From assembly GCF_009914755.1 (NCBI RefSeq), contig NC_060933.1: DNA of 64,000 nucleotides, one strand, 5' to 3'. Shown here in pieces: positions 23,901 to 36,660 of the stretch. Origin of the DNA: the human T2T-CHM13v2.0 reference genome, Homo sapiens. The notes beneath the pieces are model-generated. The model ran no database searches. It was not told where the DNA came from and saw only the letters and a list, made by a program, of their open reading frames with translations. How positions within the stretch are numbered: the first letter of the stretch is position 1; each line of letters begins with the position of its first letter. The position numbers and the translations under genes were made by a program.

Positions 23901-25844
23901 AGTCTCCATCCCAGGTGCTAACAGGAACATAGGTGTGGTTGAACTGGTCATATATTTCTACCTGGCTCTCTCTCAGTGTACAGCCACACACCCTGATGTG
24001 GCACCTGGCCTTGTCGCTGTGCCCAAGTGCTGATGTGGGCAGAGCACAGACAGACCCTGGTATGTGTTGAGGGAAGACACCCAGCGACTGGGGCAGCTGC
24101 CAGGCCAAGCCCTCCCGGCTCAGGTGCACAGGGTGCAACCCCCACCTTCCTCGTCCCCCTTGAGCTCCCTAAGCCCTCTGTTTACACAAGCAGCAGCCAG
24201 CAATACAAATCACCTGCCTCCACTAATGGACCAGCTGCCTCCCGAGGCCGGCCCTCTGACAGCTGCAGGATGCTTTCAGGAAAGGCTTTTGACTCCCAGT
24301 GACACTAGGCTACAATCTCTTCCTTCAAGCCCCCAGCCCCACCTGCAGAGTCACACAAAGGATGGCTCTGAACAAAATGCCCTGCATGGAGGCAGGAAGA
24401 GCTCTGCTCCGCAGCACTGGGGGATGCTTCATCCTCCAGTGGGACGTGGATGTTCTCAGGAAGGGGAGCAGAGGAGGAGAGCAAGCAGACACAACCACAA
24501 AAGAAATGCTTCAACCTCATGAGGGGACATGGAGGGCCCAGTTGTGTCCTAGCACTGGCGGCACCTGGCTTGCAGCCCTGACTGGGTCCCCTTCCCTCTC
24601 TCTCTCTGGTTTCCCTGACCTCGGTGCTTCGTAGAGTGGAGAACTCATGCCTGTGGCATTGCCCATCAGCTCAGAGTGCACAGACACAGGGCGTCCTAAC
24701 AGTGTGGGCCCTGCAGAGGGGGCAGCAACCCTGCCAACCCTCTGGGCACCTCTGAGAGCAAGTCCACAGCAACCGATCTCTCAGGCTCCAAGCTCTGCAA
24801 TGCTAGAATTTAATCTCATCCTTTGCTTCCTGTTGTCTTCACTTTCCTGGCTATGCTTCAGTTTATGGCAAGTTCTGTTGGGTTTTATAGTAGTGGTAAA
24901 AAGGCTCCTTTGAAGTAAATTCATTTAAGGAAAATAAAGAAATCCATAGAAGAGAAAAGGGGTGAATCATAGTGGAGGGTGTGGCAGAGCCTGCAGGGGC
25001 TTGTGACATGAGACATAGACAGTGGTCAGTCACCCTGACCTCCCTAGCTCCAGCAATCTGCATCCAAACCCAGTTTGGGAGCCTGATTTGCACAGTGGCC
25101 CAGCAGAAGGGGCACGCTCCTCTCCTCTAGGCCCTGCCACTTCCCCTTTCCACTGGCCCATTGTCCTTCGAGCCCTTCCTCACCTCCCTTCCCTGTGGGA
25201 GATGGAGGTGGATGAGAGAAGCCGGCGGGTGTCCCTCCTTCTTATCTGTGCCCAGAGATGTGCATGGCCCAAACACCCTGCAGGTGCCCTGAATAATTTG
25301 AAGCAGTGGTGCCACTGCTCTCTGTCCTCCAGCTTTGGTGGCAGCAGCTTCCTGCTGGCACTAAGTGCAGCCCACCTTCCTCTAGGATGTGCAACCAGTT
25401 CTCTGCATTAAATGCCTTGTATTCTAAACACATGAGGGCTTTCCGTGAAAGCCTCTGTGGGCTGAGCCCCATTCTCCAGCCCCTGCTGGCCTCAGGTATG
25501 CTGTGAGAAGCCAACACACGCATAACGTCTGTCCCTCTCAAGTCCTCCATGGGCATTTTCCTCTGCTGTAAAGCTTTCCCGTCCTGCCTTTTCAAAGTTT
25601 TCATGCTCTTCTGCCTAATTTGTAGGCCACCCTTGACTTTGCCACACCCCCTGGGATTTAGGCTTCCTCTAATTTCTGTGAAGCTTGTTTGACATGAAGA
25701 GGTGGACATAGCTCAGAAAGGGTTATGACACCATGGCCATCCCCAGCCACGCCACTCACCCACTGATGTTCCCAAGCCGGGCACGACCTCTCTACACCTC
25801 GGTGCTCTGATTTGTGACATGGGAAGGGTCTGTTGTTCCTCCAG

Positions 25845-26285
25845 CCCTAAGATAAGTCACCATATGCATACAGCTTTTTGCTTTTTAAGTAATTATGATA
25901 AGACAAATATTCTCAAGAGGGGGATTACTTTGCCAAGGACTATGAGCATTTGGGAGGGCTGCTTCCAATGTTTTTAATGTCTCCATTGCAAATATTGAAG
26001 CACACTAAACTCACTTATCATTGTAGGTTCTGATGGACAATTTTTCCCTTTATTCATTAACCACATGTGGGCTGGTCTCTCTGTTAAAAAATTCCAAGTA
26101 GTCATTAATTATTCCCAATGATTGCAGGGTTTTAAAGGAGATTTGGAACCAAATGGTGGAGGAATCCCTACTCGCCTATAAAATCCTGCAGCCCTCACCC
26201 ACCTGACAGCAACTTGCAGCCAGAATGAAAAAAGCAGGAATTCTCAAAAATGGCTTTGAGGCACTGCCTAGCGCCAGCTCAGATA
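25845..26285. promoter_or_regulatory. Candidate conserved non-coding element
   Basis: Non-repetitive AT-rich island with TAATTA, GATAAG x2, CATTAATTA and CACATGTG. Motif evidence only. Confidence 0.4.
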
Positions 26286-26304
26286 ACTACATTTTAATAG
26301 ATAT

Positions 26305-27480
26305 AATAGCTTTATTGAGATATAATTCCTGTAACATAAAATTCACTCTTTTAAAGTGTACGATTCAATGGCTTTAGTATTCAGAGTTGTGCAGTCATCA
26401 TCACTAATTCCAGAGCATTTTATCTCCCTAAAAGGAAACACCATGCCCATTAGCAGTCACTCCTAATTCATACCCTGTGTCCCCAAAGCCCCTGACAACC
26501 CCCAATCTCCTTTCTGCCTCTATGGATTTGCCTATTCTGGACATTTCGTATACATGAATCATATGCTATTTGTCCTTTCGTGCCTGGCTTCCTTCACCTA
26601 GTATGATGTTTTAAGGTCCATTGACATTGCAGCATGAATCAGCACTTCATTCCTTTTTGTGGGCAAATAATATTCCATTGTATGCATCTGCCACATTTTC
26701 CTTATCCAGTCATCTGTTGGTTAACTCTTGGATTGTTTTCAGCTGTTGGCTATTGTGAAGAATGCTGCAATAAACATATGTATGCATTTTTATGTGGATG
26801 TTTTCATTTCTCCTGGGCATGCACCTAGAAGTGGATTGAGGTCATACAGTAACTCTTTTTAACATTTTGAGGAATTGTTAAACTGTTTTCCATAGTAGCG
26901 GCACCATTTTGTGTTCCCATTAGCAATATATGAGGGTTTCACCTTATCTGCATCCTCACCAATGCTTGTTATCATCTGTCCTTTTGATGTTAGCCATCCT
27001 CGTGGGTGTGAAGTGGTATCTCGGTGTGGACTTCATTTGCACAGTGGTATTGAGCATCTTTTCATGTGCTTATTGGCATTTGTATTGCCAATATTTGGAA
27101 AAATATTTGAATAAATATTTATTCAGATCCTTTGCCCACTGAAGAAAATTTGCCTTTACTGATGAGTTCTTCTTATATTCTGGACAAAAGACCTTTTTCA
27201 GATATATAGCTTGCAAATATTTTTTCCCACTCTGTGAGTTCTCTTTTTACCTTCCTGATGGTGTTCTTTGAGGCACAAAAGTTTTTAATTTTGATGAAGT
27301 CCAATATATCTGTTTTTTCTTTTGTTGCTTATGTTTCTGGTGTCATATCTAAGAATGCAAGTATACAAAGATTTACTTCTAGTTTTCTTCTAAGAGCTTT
27401 GTAGTTTTATCTCCTACATTTAGGTCTTTGATCCACTTTGAGATAACTTTTGCATATGGTGGGTTTGTATATTGTTCTTT
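26305..27480 (-). mobile_element. L1MB 3' end
   Basis: AGCTTTATTGAGATATAATTC..AAAATTCACTCTTTTAAAGTGTACGATTCAATGG..TTTGCCTATTCTGGACATTTC. Confidence 0.9.
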
Positions 27481-27946
27481 GTAACAAATTTCTTTCTAAA
27501 GCTGACTACCTTAAAATGGCACTTTATGAGAAACAGTTGTGGTGTCTGGCTCATGTTGTTTTTATTAGTAACAATACTTGTTGGTTTTGGAAGGTGTCTC
27601 ATCATAAGGAAATCAATGGCACACCCATCATTTCATTCCCCGCTCACCCAGCCCTATACATGTTAGTGACCCCACTTCATAGGTGGGGACATGGACACTT
27701 CTGAGGAGGAGGTAAAATCAAAGGGACAGAATGAGGTGAGCCTGTGTTCTTCCCTTAACCCTCCTGCCCTCCTCCCCAGGAAAAATGAGCTTTGCTATGA
27801 AGTGGGGTGACCTCCTTACTCACCAGATTCTTTCTTCCTCAGAAACCCCAATCTACTGACTTCTTTGGGCTGTTTGAGGTGTAGGTAGTGACTCTGGGCT
27901 AGATATTCTATGTTCTCTTTTTCCTACATCAACAGACTCATCTGTC

Positions 27947-28678
27947 AAAAGGAAGGAGGGAGGGAGGGGGAAGGAGTGAAGGGAAGGAGGGAAAGAGGGA
28001 AGGAAGGAAGGGAGGGAGGGAGGGAAAGAGGGAAGGAAGGAAGCCAGGAAGGAAGGGAGGAAGGAAGGGAGGGAGGAAAAGAGGGAAGGGAGGGAGGGAA
28101 GGAAGAGAAAGAGGGAGGGAAGGAAGGAAGGAAAGTGAAGGGGAAAAAAGGAAGGAAGGGAAAGAAGGAAGAAAGGAAGGAGGGAAGGAAAGGGATGGAA
28201 AGAAGGAAGGAAGGAAGGAGGGAAGGAAGGGAAAAAGGGATGAAAGGAAGGAAGGGAGGGAGGGAAGGAAATAGGGAAGGAAGGGAGGGAGGGAAGGAAA
28301 TAGGGAAGGAAGAGAGGGAGGGAAGGAAATAGGGAAGGAAGGGAGGGAGGGAAGGAAGGAAGGGAAAGAAGGAAGGAAGGAAGGAAGGGAAGAGGGAAGG
28401 AAGAAAAAAGGAAAGAAGGAAGGGAAAGAGGGAGGGAGGAAGGAAGGAAGGGGAGGGAAAGAAGGAAGGAAGGAAAGGAAGGAAGGGAAAGAAGGAAGGA
28501 AGGAAGGAAATGAAAAGAGGGAAGGAAGAGAAAAGGAAGGAAGGAAGGGAAAGAGGGAAGGAAAGAAGGAAAGAGGGAAGGAAGAAGGAAGGAAAAGGGA
28601 AAGAAGGGAAAGAGGGAAGAAAGGGAAAGAGGGAAGGAAGGAAGGAAGGAAGGAAGGGATGGAGGGAGGGAGGGGAGG
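27947..28678. repeat. ~730-bp polypurine (GGAA/GGGA)n low-complexity tract
   Basis: Almost exclusively G and A on the + strand. Confidence 0.98.
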
Positions 28679-30934
28679 TCATTTCCTAGAGGAAGTAAAA
28701 GTGCAGCTCCTCTCTGGTCTCCCCTGAGTAGAACATGAGAACATGACTAAACCAAAAATCAGGTATGTCTCTAGAGAGAGCTCGTACATCCAGGCGGACA
28801 AGCCTTCCATTACTAAAAGTGCCAGAGACAAGCCAAGGCCTGCGTGTGTGCACAGGAGACTAGAGGGCCCTCTGAGCCCTGGCTGGAGGGGGGACCAGGT
28901 TCAAGCCCATCTTCTGCTCACAGCCTGGGTGATCCTGGCAGCCACGTGCCCTCCTTGCTGGGGCTCAGGTGCCTCATCTGTCAAGTGCCGGTGGCTGGGA
29001 CAGGACCCCTCAGCCTGATAGGCTAAGACTCTAAGTGCTGCTGGAGTTAAGACGGCAACGCAATCTCCAAGCCTGTCAGGGACCCCTGGTAGCTGGGTGA
29101 GTGATGGTCCCGGGGGATTGACCAGCTGTTTGGGTGTCCCATAAACACAGCCTTAAAGTGGCTGGTTCCGCCCATCCATCTTGCCCTTGGGGCCGCGCCC
29201 TGGCGGCTTTCAGAGTGGCCCTAGTTGACATCGGTGTTGGCCCCTTCCGGGTGGCGCTGGGCCGTTGATGGGCTCTGTGATGGATGGGTCTCCACTGTGG
29301 AGGTGCCACAGCTCAGGACGCCCTGAGGGTGACGCCGGGGGCTTCAGCAGGAACAGCTGGGTGGAGGCAGAGCTGTTCTGCTGTGGCTGCAGCCCTGAAC
29401 TGTGGGATTCAGAGCTGAGAGTGAGGTAATGAAGCCAAGTGCTTCCAGGGTCTACAGATGGAGGTGACCCAGACACACTGTACAATAGACTCTCTGGAGT
29501 TTCCTTAGTTCCACAGAAACCTGCTCCCTCCCCTATGGCTGTAGCCTTTTTGTGTCTCTCCTGGTTTCAGATAGAACACCAGCCCCGCCAAGCACAGGGC
29601 TTCCCTTGGGGCAGTAGAAAGTGGCAATACTATGGCCAGCCAGGCCACTCAGGGGTCTGAATTCAGAACGGCTGTTTTTTCTGATTTCTCCAGGGACCCC
29701 TGTACAAACCAAAGTTATCTCTCTGCAACCTCCAGGTCTGACCACGGATAACTGGCTGATTCCTCCTTCTGGCATTCAGGGTTGTACCCCTGTGTTCTGA
29801 ACTGAGGGCTGGAGAGAGAAACAATGAACTCACCAAGCTCTACTGACTGCCTGCTGCTGGCCGCACATCACAGCCCTTGGATAGCACCATGGCCTGACTT
29901 TATGTAGAGCCGCTGACATCCCTAAGGCACTCAGGGCAAGACTGAAACATGCTGAGGCCATGCCCCATGGTGTTAGAAGGGATGATGTGAGCAGCCTGTC
30001 TTCTGCTCATTCCTGCAACACGCCTTAGGGTCTCTCAGGGGCATTGTTCATGACGGGAAGCTCGGAGGGCCTGGCCACAGACAGAGGTGACCCACAGTCA
30101 CTGAGTTGGAGGGGTGGCCCCCAAGCTGGTGGGGAGAGGTAGAGAACTGGTGGAGATGGCTAAGATGATTCCTCATTTCCCCCGAATGGCCCTAGTTTTA
30201 CTGCCCTTCCCACTACCTGCTTTCTCCAAACACACGCTCCCTCTCTGACCTGGCTGTCCCCCACCATTCTCACTAGAAATGTAGACTCTGGGAGAAAGGA
30301 AGGGCCCTTGGATCCCAGGAAGTTCCTTTACAGCTTCCCTAGATGTTGGGCATCTGCTGCTCTACTTGCATGCCCTGCATGACGGGGAGCTCCTCACCCG
30401 TCAAGCAGCCCTCCCCATTTTTGTGTCCTTACTGCTGATCTCTGCCATGCCCCCACCCCTCCTGGGGACGCAGCTCTGCTCTCCTAGCCCTAGGACTCCA
30501 TCAGCTCTTCCTGCCCCAGGACTGGCCCTCAGAGGTGGGGGACAGTGAGTAGATTTCACTACTTTCTACTTAGGCTGTTAGTTGAGTCTAGCAGCCCCAG
30601 CTCCCCAGGGGATGGGGTCTCCAGGCCCCTTGTCACTTTAGCTGCCTGCTGTGGACATGCTGGTGTCCCTCCCCAGGGTCCCAGTCCCAGGCTATTCTCC
30701 TTCCCACTAACGCTCATTTAGCTCACCTAACTGCCCACTTCGACCACTTGGGGGCCCTTGCTGGTCTGGAATCTGTTCGGTGCCAGACTGAAGCATTAGT
30801 GCTAGTCCCTATGGCGCATTCCCAGCCAAACACTGGGGGGACAGCTGTATAGACTGCAAGCTTCCTTCTGTCCCTGTGGCTGTCTTTGCAGCTATTCTTA
30901 AACACCTGCTTCTCCCTTTCATTCTGGGCATGTC

Positions 30935-31170
30935 CCTAGTCCCTTTGAAGTTAGGTGTGGCTGTGTGACTTGCTTGGCAAATGAAATGTGAGCAGAAGAA
31001 ACACGTGCAGGTTCAGGGTAGAAGCCCCGTCCCCTTTCCCTGGGTGACTGATGGGCTGGCCCATGAAGGCACATCATGTAACTGACTGAAAAATGCATTT
31101 TTCTGTGTGCAGACATGAGATGTTGGGCTTGTTTGTTGCTGCAATAGAACCCAGCCCACCCTGACTGTTA
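30935..31170. mobile_element. Old MaLR LTR fragment (MLT1J/K type)
   Basis: GAAGTTAGGTGTGGCTGTGTGACTTGCTTGGCAAATGAAATGTGAGCAGAAG..GTTTGTTGCTGCAATAGAACCCAGCCCACCCTGACTG. Confidence 0.75.
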
Positions 31171-31249
31171 GACCCTGAAACTATAATCAGGGCAAATCCC
31201 TGCCCTTCTTCATAGCAGAATGTTCTCCAACTACCTAGTGGCTGTTCCC

Positions 31250-31685
31250 AAAGCACTGGAAGCTCTCTCTGCACCATCATCTTTCCCAAGTAGTCCAGGA
31301 TATGAGAGGGGCTCAATACATATTTGTTGAATAAGCGAATGAAGGAGGAACTCTCTCTCACCCAGTGGCATCCTTGGGGTTATGGGCAGCCACCTATTGC
31401 ATCTATTGCACTAAGACTAAATCCCCAACTCCCTACCAGGACCTGCCTGGTCCCCACCAACATCCTCAGCCTCATTGTCTCCCTGCTCCTCCCCACACCA
31501 CCCTGTCTTGAGCACAAGCACACCCAGCCTATCTTCCCACCCCAGGGCCTTTGCACATGCCATTCCCTTCCTCTGCAGCACTGGATGATTTCTTCTCATG
31601 TTGCAGGCTCTGCCCAAATGTTTTTCCTCAGAGGATTCATCCCTGACCACTTGCATCTCAAGGTGTCCCCTACCCACATCACTTT
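31250..31685. mobile_element. L2 fragments
   Basis: GGCTCAATACATATTTGTTGAATAAGCGAATGAA; CCCAGGGCCTTTGCACATGCCATTCCC. Confidence 0.7.
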
Positions 31686-31693
31686 TAAAAAAA

Positions 31694-33070
31694 CATTTTA
31701 TTTGAAAACAATATACAATTTATGGAAAATTTGCAGGGATGAGAATGGGACCAAAAACACCTGCATACTCCTCACCTACTGTTAACTTTTTATTATTTAC
31801 TGTGTTATTTGCTCTTGTTCTTTCTCTCTGTCTCTATCACTGTGTCTCTCCTCTGTGTCTGCCTCTCTCACAAACACACATATTTTGAGGGTAAATTGCA
31901 AATGTCATAGCCCTTGACCCCAAAATACTTTGGTGTGGGTTTCCCAAAAATAGAATTATGCTCTTATGTAACTACAGCTCCGTTCTTGACTTTGGTAATA
32001 TTGAAATTAACATTAACATTGACAAAACACTTTAATCTGCCATCCATGTGCCAATTTTGTCAACTGACACAATGCTGCCCTGACGCAATGCCGCCCTTTA
32101 TAGCATGTCTTTCCCCTCCATCACCCCATCTGATCCAGGGTCAGGTATTGTATTCAGTTGTTTTGTCTCTTTGGTCTCCTTCAGCCTGAAATGGTGTCCA
32201 TAATCTTTCGTTGTCTTATATTGCATTGACATTTTTGAAGAACACAGTGTTTTTAGTGAAATGTTTCTCACTTGGAGTTTGTCTGCATTTCCTCCTGTTT
32301 GGGTGTGGGTTGTGCCTTCCTACCTGGTGTCAGTGGTGTTAGGGATGTGCGCTTGTAGGGCATCACAACTGGTGGCCCCCGGTGCCCGCATGCACCTCCA
32401 TGGTGGTCAGTGGTTGATTTTGTCACCCTGCCAGGGTGGGTCCTGATTTCTCCACTGTATAACTTTTCCCCCCTCCTTGCATTGAATACCTGGTCTATGA
32501 GGAGACACCTGCAGAGCATGCAAAAACACCCTACTCCTTGTCAAAGCTTTCCACCGGCTTTATCAGCCATTGATGACTCTTGCCTGAGCCAATCTTTGCC
32601 ACAATGCTTGCAAAATGTTGATTTTTCCACCCAAATCCTCCCCCAACATTTCCCAGCTGGCTCTCAACTGGGAAATGGGGGAGGAGAGAGGCCTTTTTTT
32701 CGAGCCACAAGCCTGCCACAGTTTTGTCAACTGATGCAATGCTGCCCTTTATAGCCTGTCTTTCCCCTTCACCACCACATCTGATCCGAGGTCAGGTATT
32801 ACATACCTGTATAAATAGTGTATAATCTTCCTTTTTTAGTGCATAACAACATGTTCCAGGCTTATAATGTATTGATCCTGTCCCAAGTTTGGAATCAGCC
32901 ATTTCTCCAAGGAGCCCTGGATCCCATTCCCAAGGATGGTATTAGAGACCAACATCTGGGTACAGGATGTGCTCACTGCCACTGAGGTGTCTGCTTCAGA
33001 GCTCTCTCAGCAGACAGAGCCAGATACAAAAGATGTGTGCATGCATTCAAGACCTTACATACACACACCA
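31694..33070 (-). mobile_element. L1MC-type 3' UTR
   Basis: CATTGACATTTTTGAAGAACACAG; GGAATCAGCCATTTCTCCAAGGAGCCCTGG..GGTATTAGAGACCAACATCTGGG. Confidence 0.8.
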
Positions 33071-33544
33071 CATCGTATTCTATAATAGCTTGTCATTCCA
33101 TCATCCTTTTCTGTAGGTTGAGCTGGAATGATCCGGGTGACTAATCTGACATCTATTTATCCTCCCTCTCCCTGATCCATTCCTAAGTGCCCTGGAAGTG
33201 GGGATTGGCCTCCTGTCTTTTCTCTTGCTGTGTGCCCAGCTTGGAGATCTTTAAGAACTTTCGAATGAATGAACCCACTTCCGTAGGCCCCACAAGGCTT
33301 TGCCTGAGGCTCTCAGATTCCCAGCAAGGGTCCATGGAACAAGTTAGCTTGTTGGACAGTGTGGTCTCAGGCCCTGGCTTGTGGCAGTAGGCAACAGCCC
33401 TATGTCCCTGGTACCTGTCTGCAGCCCTCCTCAAGCCAGCCCTCTAGGGACGGAGCTGCTCCCAGGCCCCTCTGTGCCCATTCCTTGACTCTCTACACTA
33501 GCTACAGGTTCAAGGCAGCACCTGGAGTCCTCACAGCAGTCCTG

Positions 33545-33615
33545 CTCTTTCAGGAATCAGAGCCCCATTTTGCAGATTGGGAAACCAAGGCTCAAAGAGG
33601 CTCTGGCCTCTTTGG
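33545..33615 (-). mobile_element. MIR fragment
   Basis: CCCCATTTTGCAGATTGGGAAACCAAGGCTCAAAGAGG. Confidence 0.75.
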
Positions 33616-34124
33616 AAAGAGACTGTGGAGCAGATTTCTGCCCAAGAAAATCATGAATTGCCCTCATGAGCCAAAGGTTTTGTGTGTGCAGAGTGGAACA
33701 TCTGAGCCTGTCCATTTCTTGGTTGGACATGTGAATAATGTTTTCAAAAGAATTTTTGATTTGATGTCCTGGCCTAGCAGGGCTGCTGTGGGTGAGCCAC
33801 ATTCCACCTGACTCACCTGGTCCCAATTCCAACAGTGTGAGAATTCCCCAGGGCTGCCTTCCTGCTCCATCTCTGGCACCTAGACCGAAGCAGAAAGAGC
33901 GCGGGGCGACTCATGCCGCCTCACATCACTCCTTGGTGACCTTCATCACATCCCTCCAAGCCTCAGTTTCCTAATCTGTCACTGGGGCTAAGTCCCCTCC
34001 CCCTTGCAGAGTTGTTGGGGAGGAAGAGTCTCACCTCCTCCAGAGGCCTTGGGAATGCACCCCACAGAGGTCCCATTGCTGTCCCACAACTTCACGGCTG
34101 TGTGACCAGCAGACACGAAAGGGG

Positions 34125-34515
34125 AGGGCAGCTCATTTTTCAAACAAAACGGTATCAGATGTGTGATTTGGTTAAAAAAATATATATTTCTGGCAATGGC
34201 TTCAGCTTTGCTCAAGAGAGAACTGGGTTGGGGGGAGAAGGTGGAGGGGAGGCTGTTCCAGTGGCTTAAAAAACCCCAGATAAGTGTACGGTGATTAAGC
34301 GCAACCATTAGCTCTAATGGGCAATAATTGGTGATGAGAAATAATTTTCTAGGGCACGACTGCCCCTGGTGCCCCCACACCCGGCCCCAGCAAGGGGACA
34401 GCCAAGGGGCTGATTAACTCCCAGGCTGGAGGAAATGTCGGAGGCACAAAAAGTTTCCAGATTCGAGGGTAATTGGGAGAAGTTATTTCACTTTCCACAT
34501 CAGGCTGATGAGGGG
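34125..34515. promoter_or_regulatory. Candidate enhancer (homeodomain-motif cluster)
   Basis: TGATTAA x2, CCATTAGCTCTAATGG, ATAATTG, ATAATTT, GTAATTG and AGATAAG within ~230 bp of unique sequence. Confidence 0.55.
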
Positions 34516-36199
34516 CCACCCACCTGCCGGTGAGGGAGGGGCTCGGCCGGCTTCCTGCCCAGAAATGGAGGGCCACTGTGCAAGGGGCAGGGGTGGCCAG
34601 CATGGTTAGAGGGTGGGGGCAATTCCCACCTGTGTCACTGCTGGCCCTGTGACCCAGGGCAAGTCACCACAGGGTCCCTTCTCTGTCCTGACTTGCTCCC
34701 CAACCAGTATTTGCACAGGCCCTCGTCCTTTTCACCTCAAAATTCACAGACAAACCCACCAGCCAGCAGTTCAGTCTTCCCGAGTGCCCTCCCTTCCCCC
34801 AGAGCCTGCCCAAGGACCTGCTAGCCTTAGGGTACCTTTGTGGGATTCAGGGGAAGATGCCCCTCTTGGCCGCAGGCTACAACCTTGAGTGTGTCCAGCA
34901 GGAGCTGGCTGGACTCCTTGGAGCTCCTGTGTGCAGTGCACAACCTGCCCAACAGCCCTCTGCAGCCCAGCTGTGCTCATGTCTTCATCTCCTTCCTCCT
35001 CACTCTGCCCACTCAGCCTGTCCCCAGAAAGAGCTCTTGGTCACTTCAAATGAGTGAAGTCAAAGGCCCCACCTCTCTGCCCCCCACCTGCCTGCTCCTT
35101 CTTTCTTGAGCTCTGCTGCCTCCAAGACCTGCCTTCCTCTCTGCCTCAGCCTCACTCCCCTCTTCCCCAGTCCAAAGCACAAATTCTCCCATCCCCAACC
35201 CAATCTCTCTCTGAAAGCCCTTTGCCCTGGGGACTTACTGCACACCCTGATCATCTCCCTCCCAGATCTGCACCTCTCCCTGGGTCCATGAGTGGGTCTC
35301 TCTCCTCTCTCTCTTACTTTTTCTCCCTCTCCCTCGTCCTCTCCATGTGTGTGTATGTGTGTTCAGTGTGTCTTTCATAGTGATTGACCCAAGGCAGTGA
35401 GACAAGCATGCCTCCTGAAGCTAAGGAGGCTTTGTGCAATAGGAAGGCCTTTCCCTTCCCTGGCTCAGGGCTGCAGTGCTCTCCCAGGCATGAGACTGAG
35501 CTCCCCCTCACAGGAGGCATGTAACCAGGGCCTGTACGGCTGCACCCCTAGGATGCTGCAGAGAGGAGTCCTGTCCTTTGAGGGCCTAGGTGGGATAATC
35601 TAAGGAGGTGTTGGCCTAGGATAAGCTGAGGCCTCTAGGCTGACCCCATGGCAGCCTCCTCTAGCTGTCCTCTCTGCCGTCTGCAGGCCAGGGCTTCAGC
35701 TCCCAAGTTGCAGGTGAGGTCAGCCTCAGGATACCTCCACCACTGACCAGCTGCCGAACCTCTCTGGGCCACAATGTCCTCCTCTGAAAATGAAAATCGT
35801 GGTGTTACCACCTCACGGGACCGACCTGAGGATGAAGGAGCTGGCCACAGAGGTGCTTCCAGGACAGACTGGTGCCCAGAAGACTCCAGGACAACAGCTG
35901 CTGGTATCACTGCGTGGGGCAGTGAGACATCGGGGCTGTTCCCGCTGCATGATTGCCCCGTCCCAGGTTGTTGCCCACAAAGTCCCCTCTATATGCGCTG
36001 TGCCCCCAGAATTGCGCAGCGTCAGTTATAAACGTAATACTGTGTGGCCGGTGCCGTTGTAAGCACTGTAGATGAGTGTGTTTATTCTGTTTCTCCACAC
36101 CTCTGTGAGGTGGGCATTCTTGTGACCCCTATTCCATCGGCGAGAATCGGGGGCAGCCAGATCCAATAACTTGCCGCAGGCTGGGCTGGCACTGCGTGC

Positions 36200-36660
36200 T
36201 GCGCCTCCTCTGAGCCTAGCACTCTGGCCTCACAGTCGGTGCTCGTAGCATTTCAGCTGTATGACTCTAACAGCAATTACAGTCATGGCCTTCGCCGCCG
36301 CCACCATTCCCGTTCCGGTTGGAGAACACAATGCACCGCGCACAGGCTGTGCCAAAGTCCACAGGCACCCTTCGGCCTCCATCATCGCGCCCTCTTCACA
36401 GATGAGCAAACGGAGGCCAGACGTCACCGGCAGGCGGCGCTGCGGTGCGCGAGGCCTCGCACCTGCACGGGAAGCGGCGGAGAGGACGCAGGTAAGGTAA
36501 AGCCAGGCAGACCCGAACCTGGACGCGCACCTGCGGGGGAGGGGGTATGCGCGGGGCGGGTTGCCGCCCCTCCCGGGAGTACGGGCGGAGGCAGGGGCGG
36601 GCGGGGGCTTTCAGCAGCGCGGGCGGGGGCTTTCAGCAGCTCGTCCGCGGAACATTTGCA
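36200..36660. promoter_or_regulatory. CpG island-like region with GC boxes
   Basis: High CpG density; several GGGCGG; possible donor CAG|GTAAGG at 36491/36492. Confidence 0.65.
36597..36640. repeat. Perfect 22-bp tandem duplication
   Basis: GCGGGCGGGGGCTTTCAGCAGC x2. Confidence 0.97.

Noticed and set aside
24855-25030. TTTATGG and CCTTTGAA motifs as a CDX/TCF enhancer
   Set aside because: The stretch resembles a decayed hAT-Charlie MITE, and I cannot separate the two explanations by eye.
27910-28682. 140-aa and 245-aa ORFs
   Set aside because: Translations of the GGAA/TTCC tract, which lacks stop codons.
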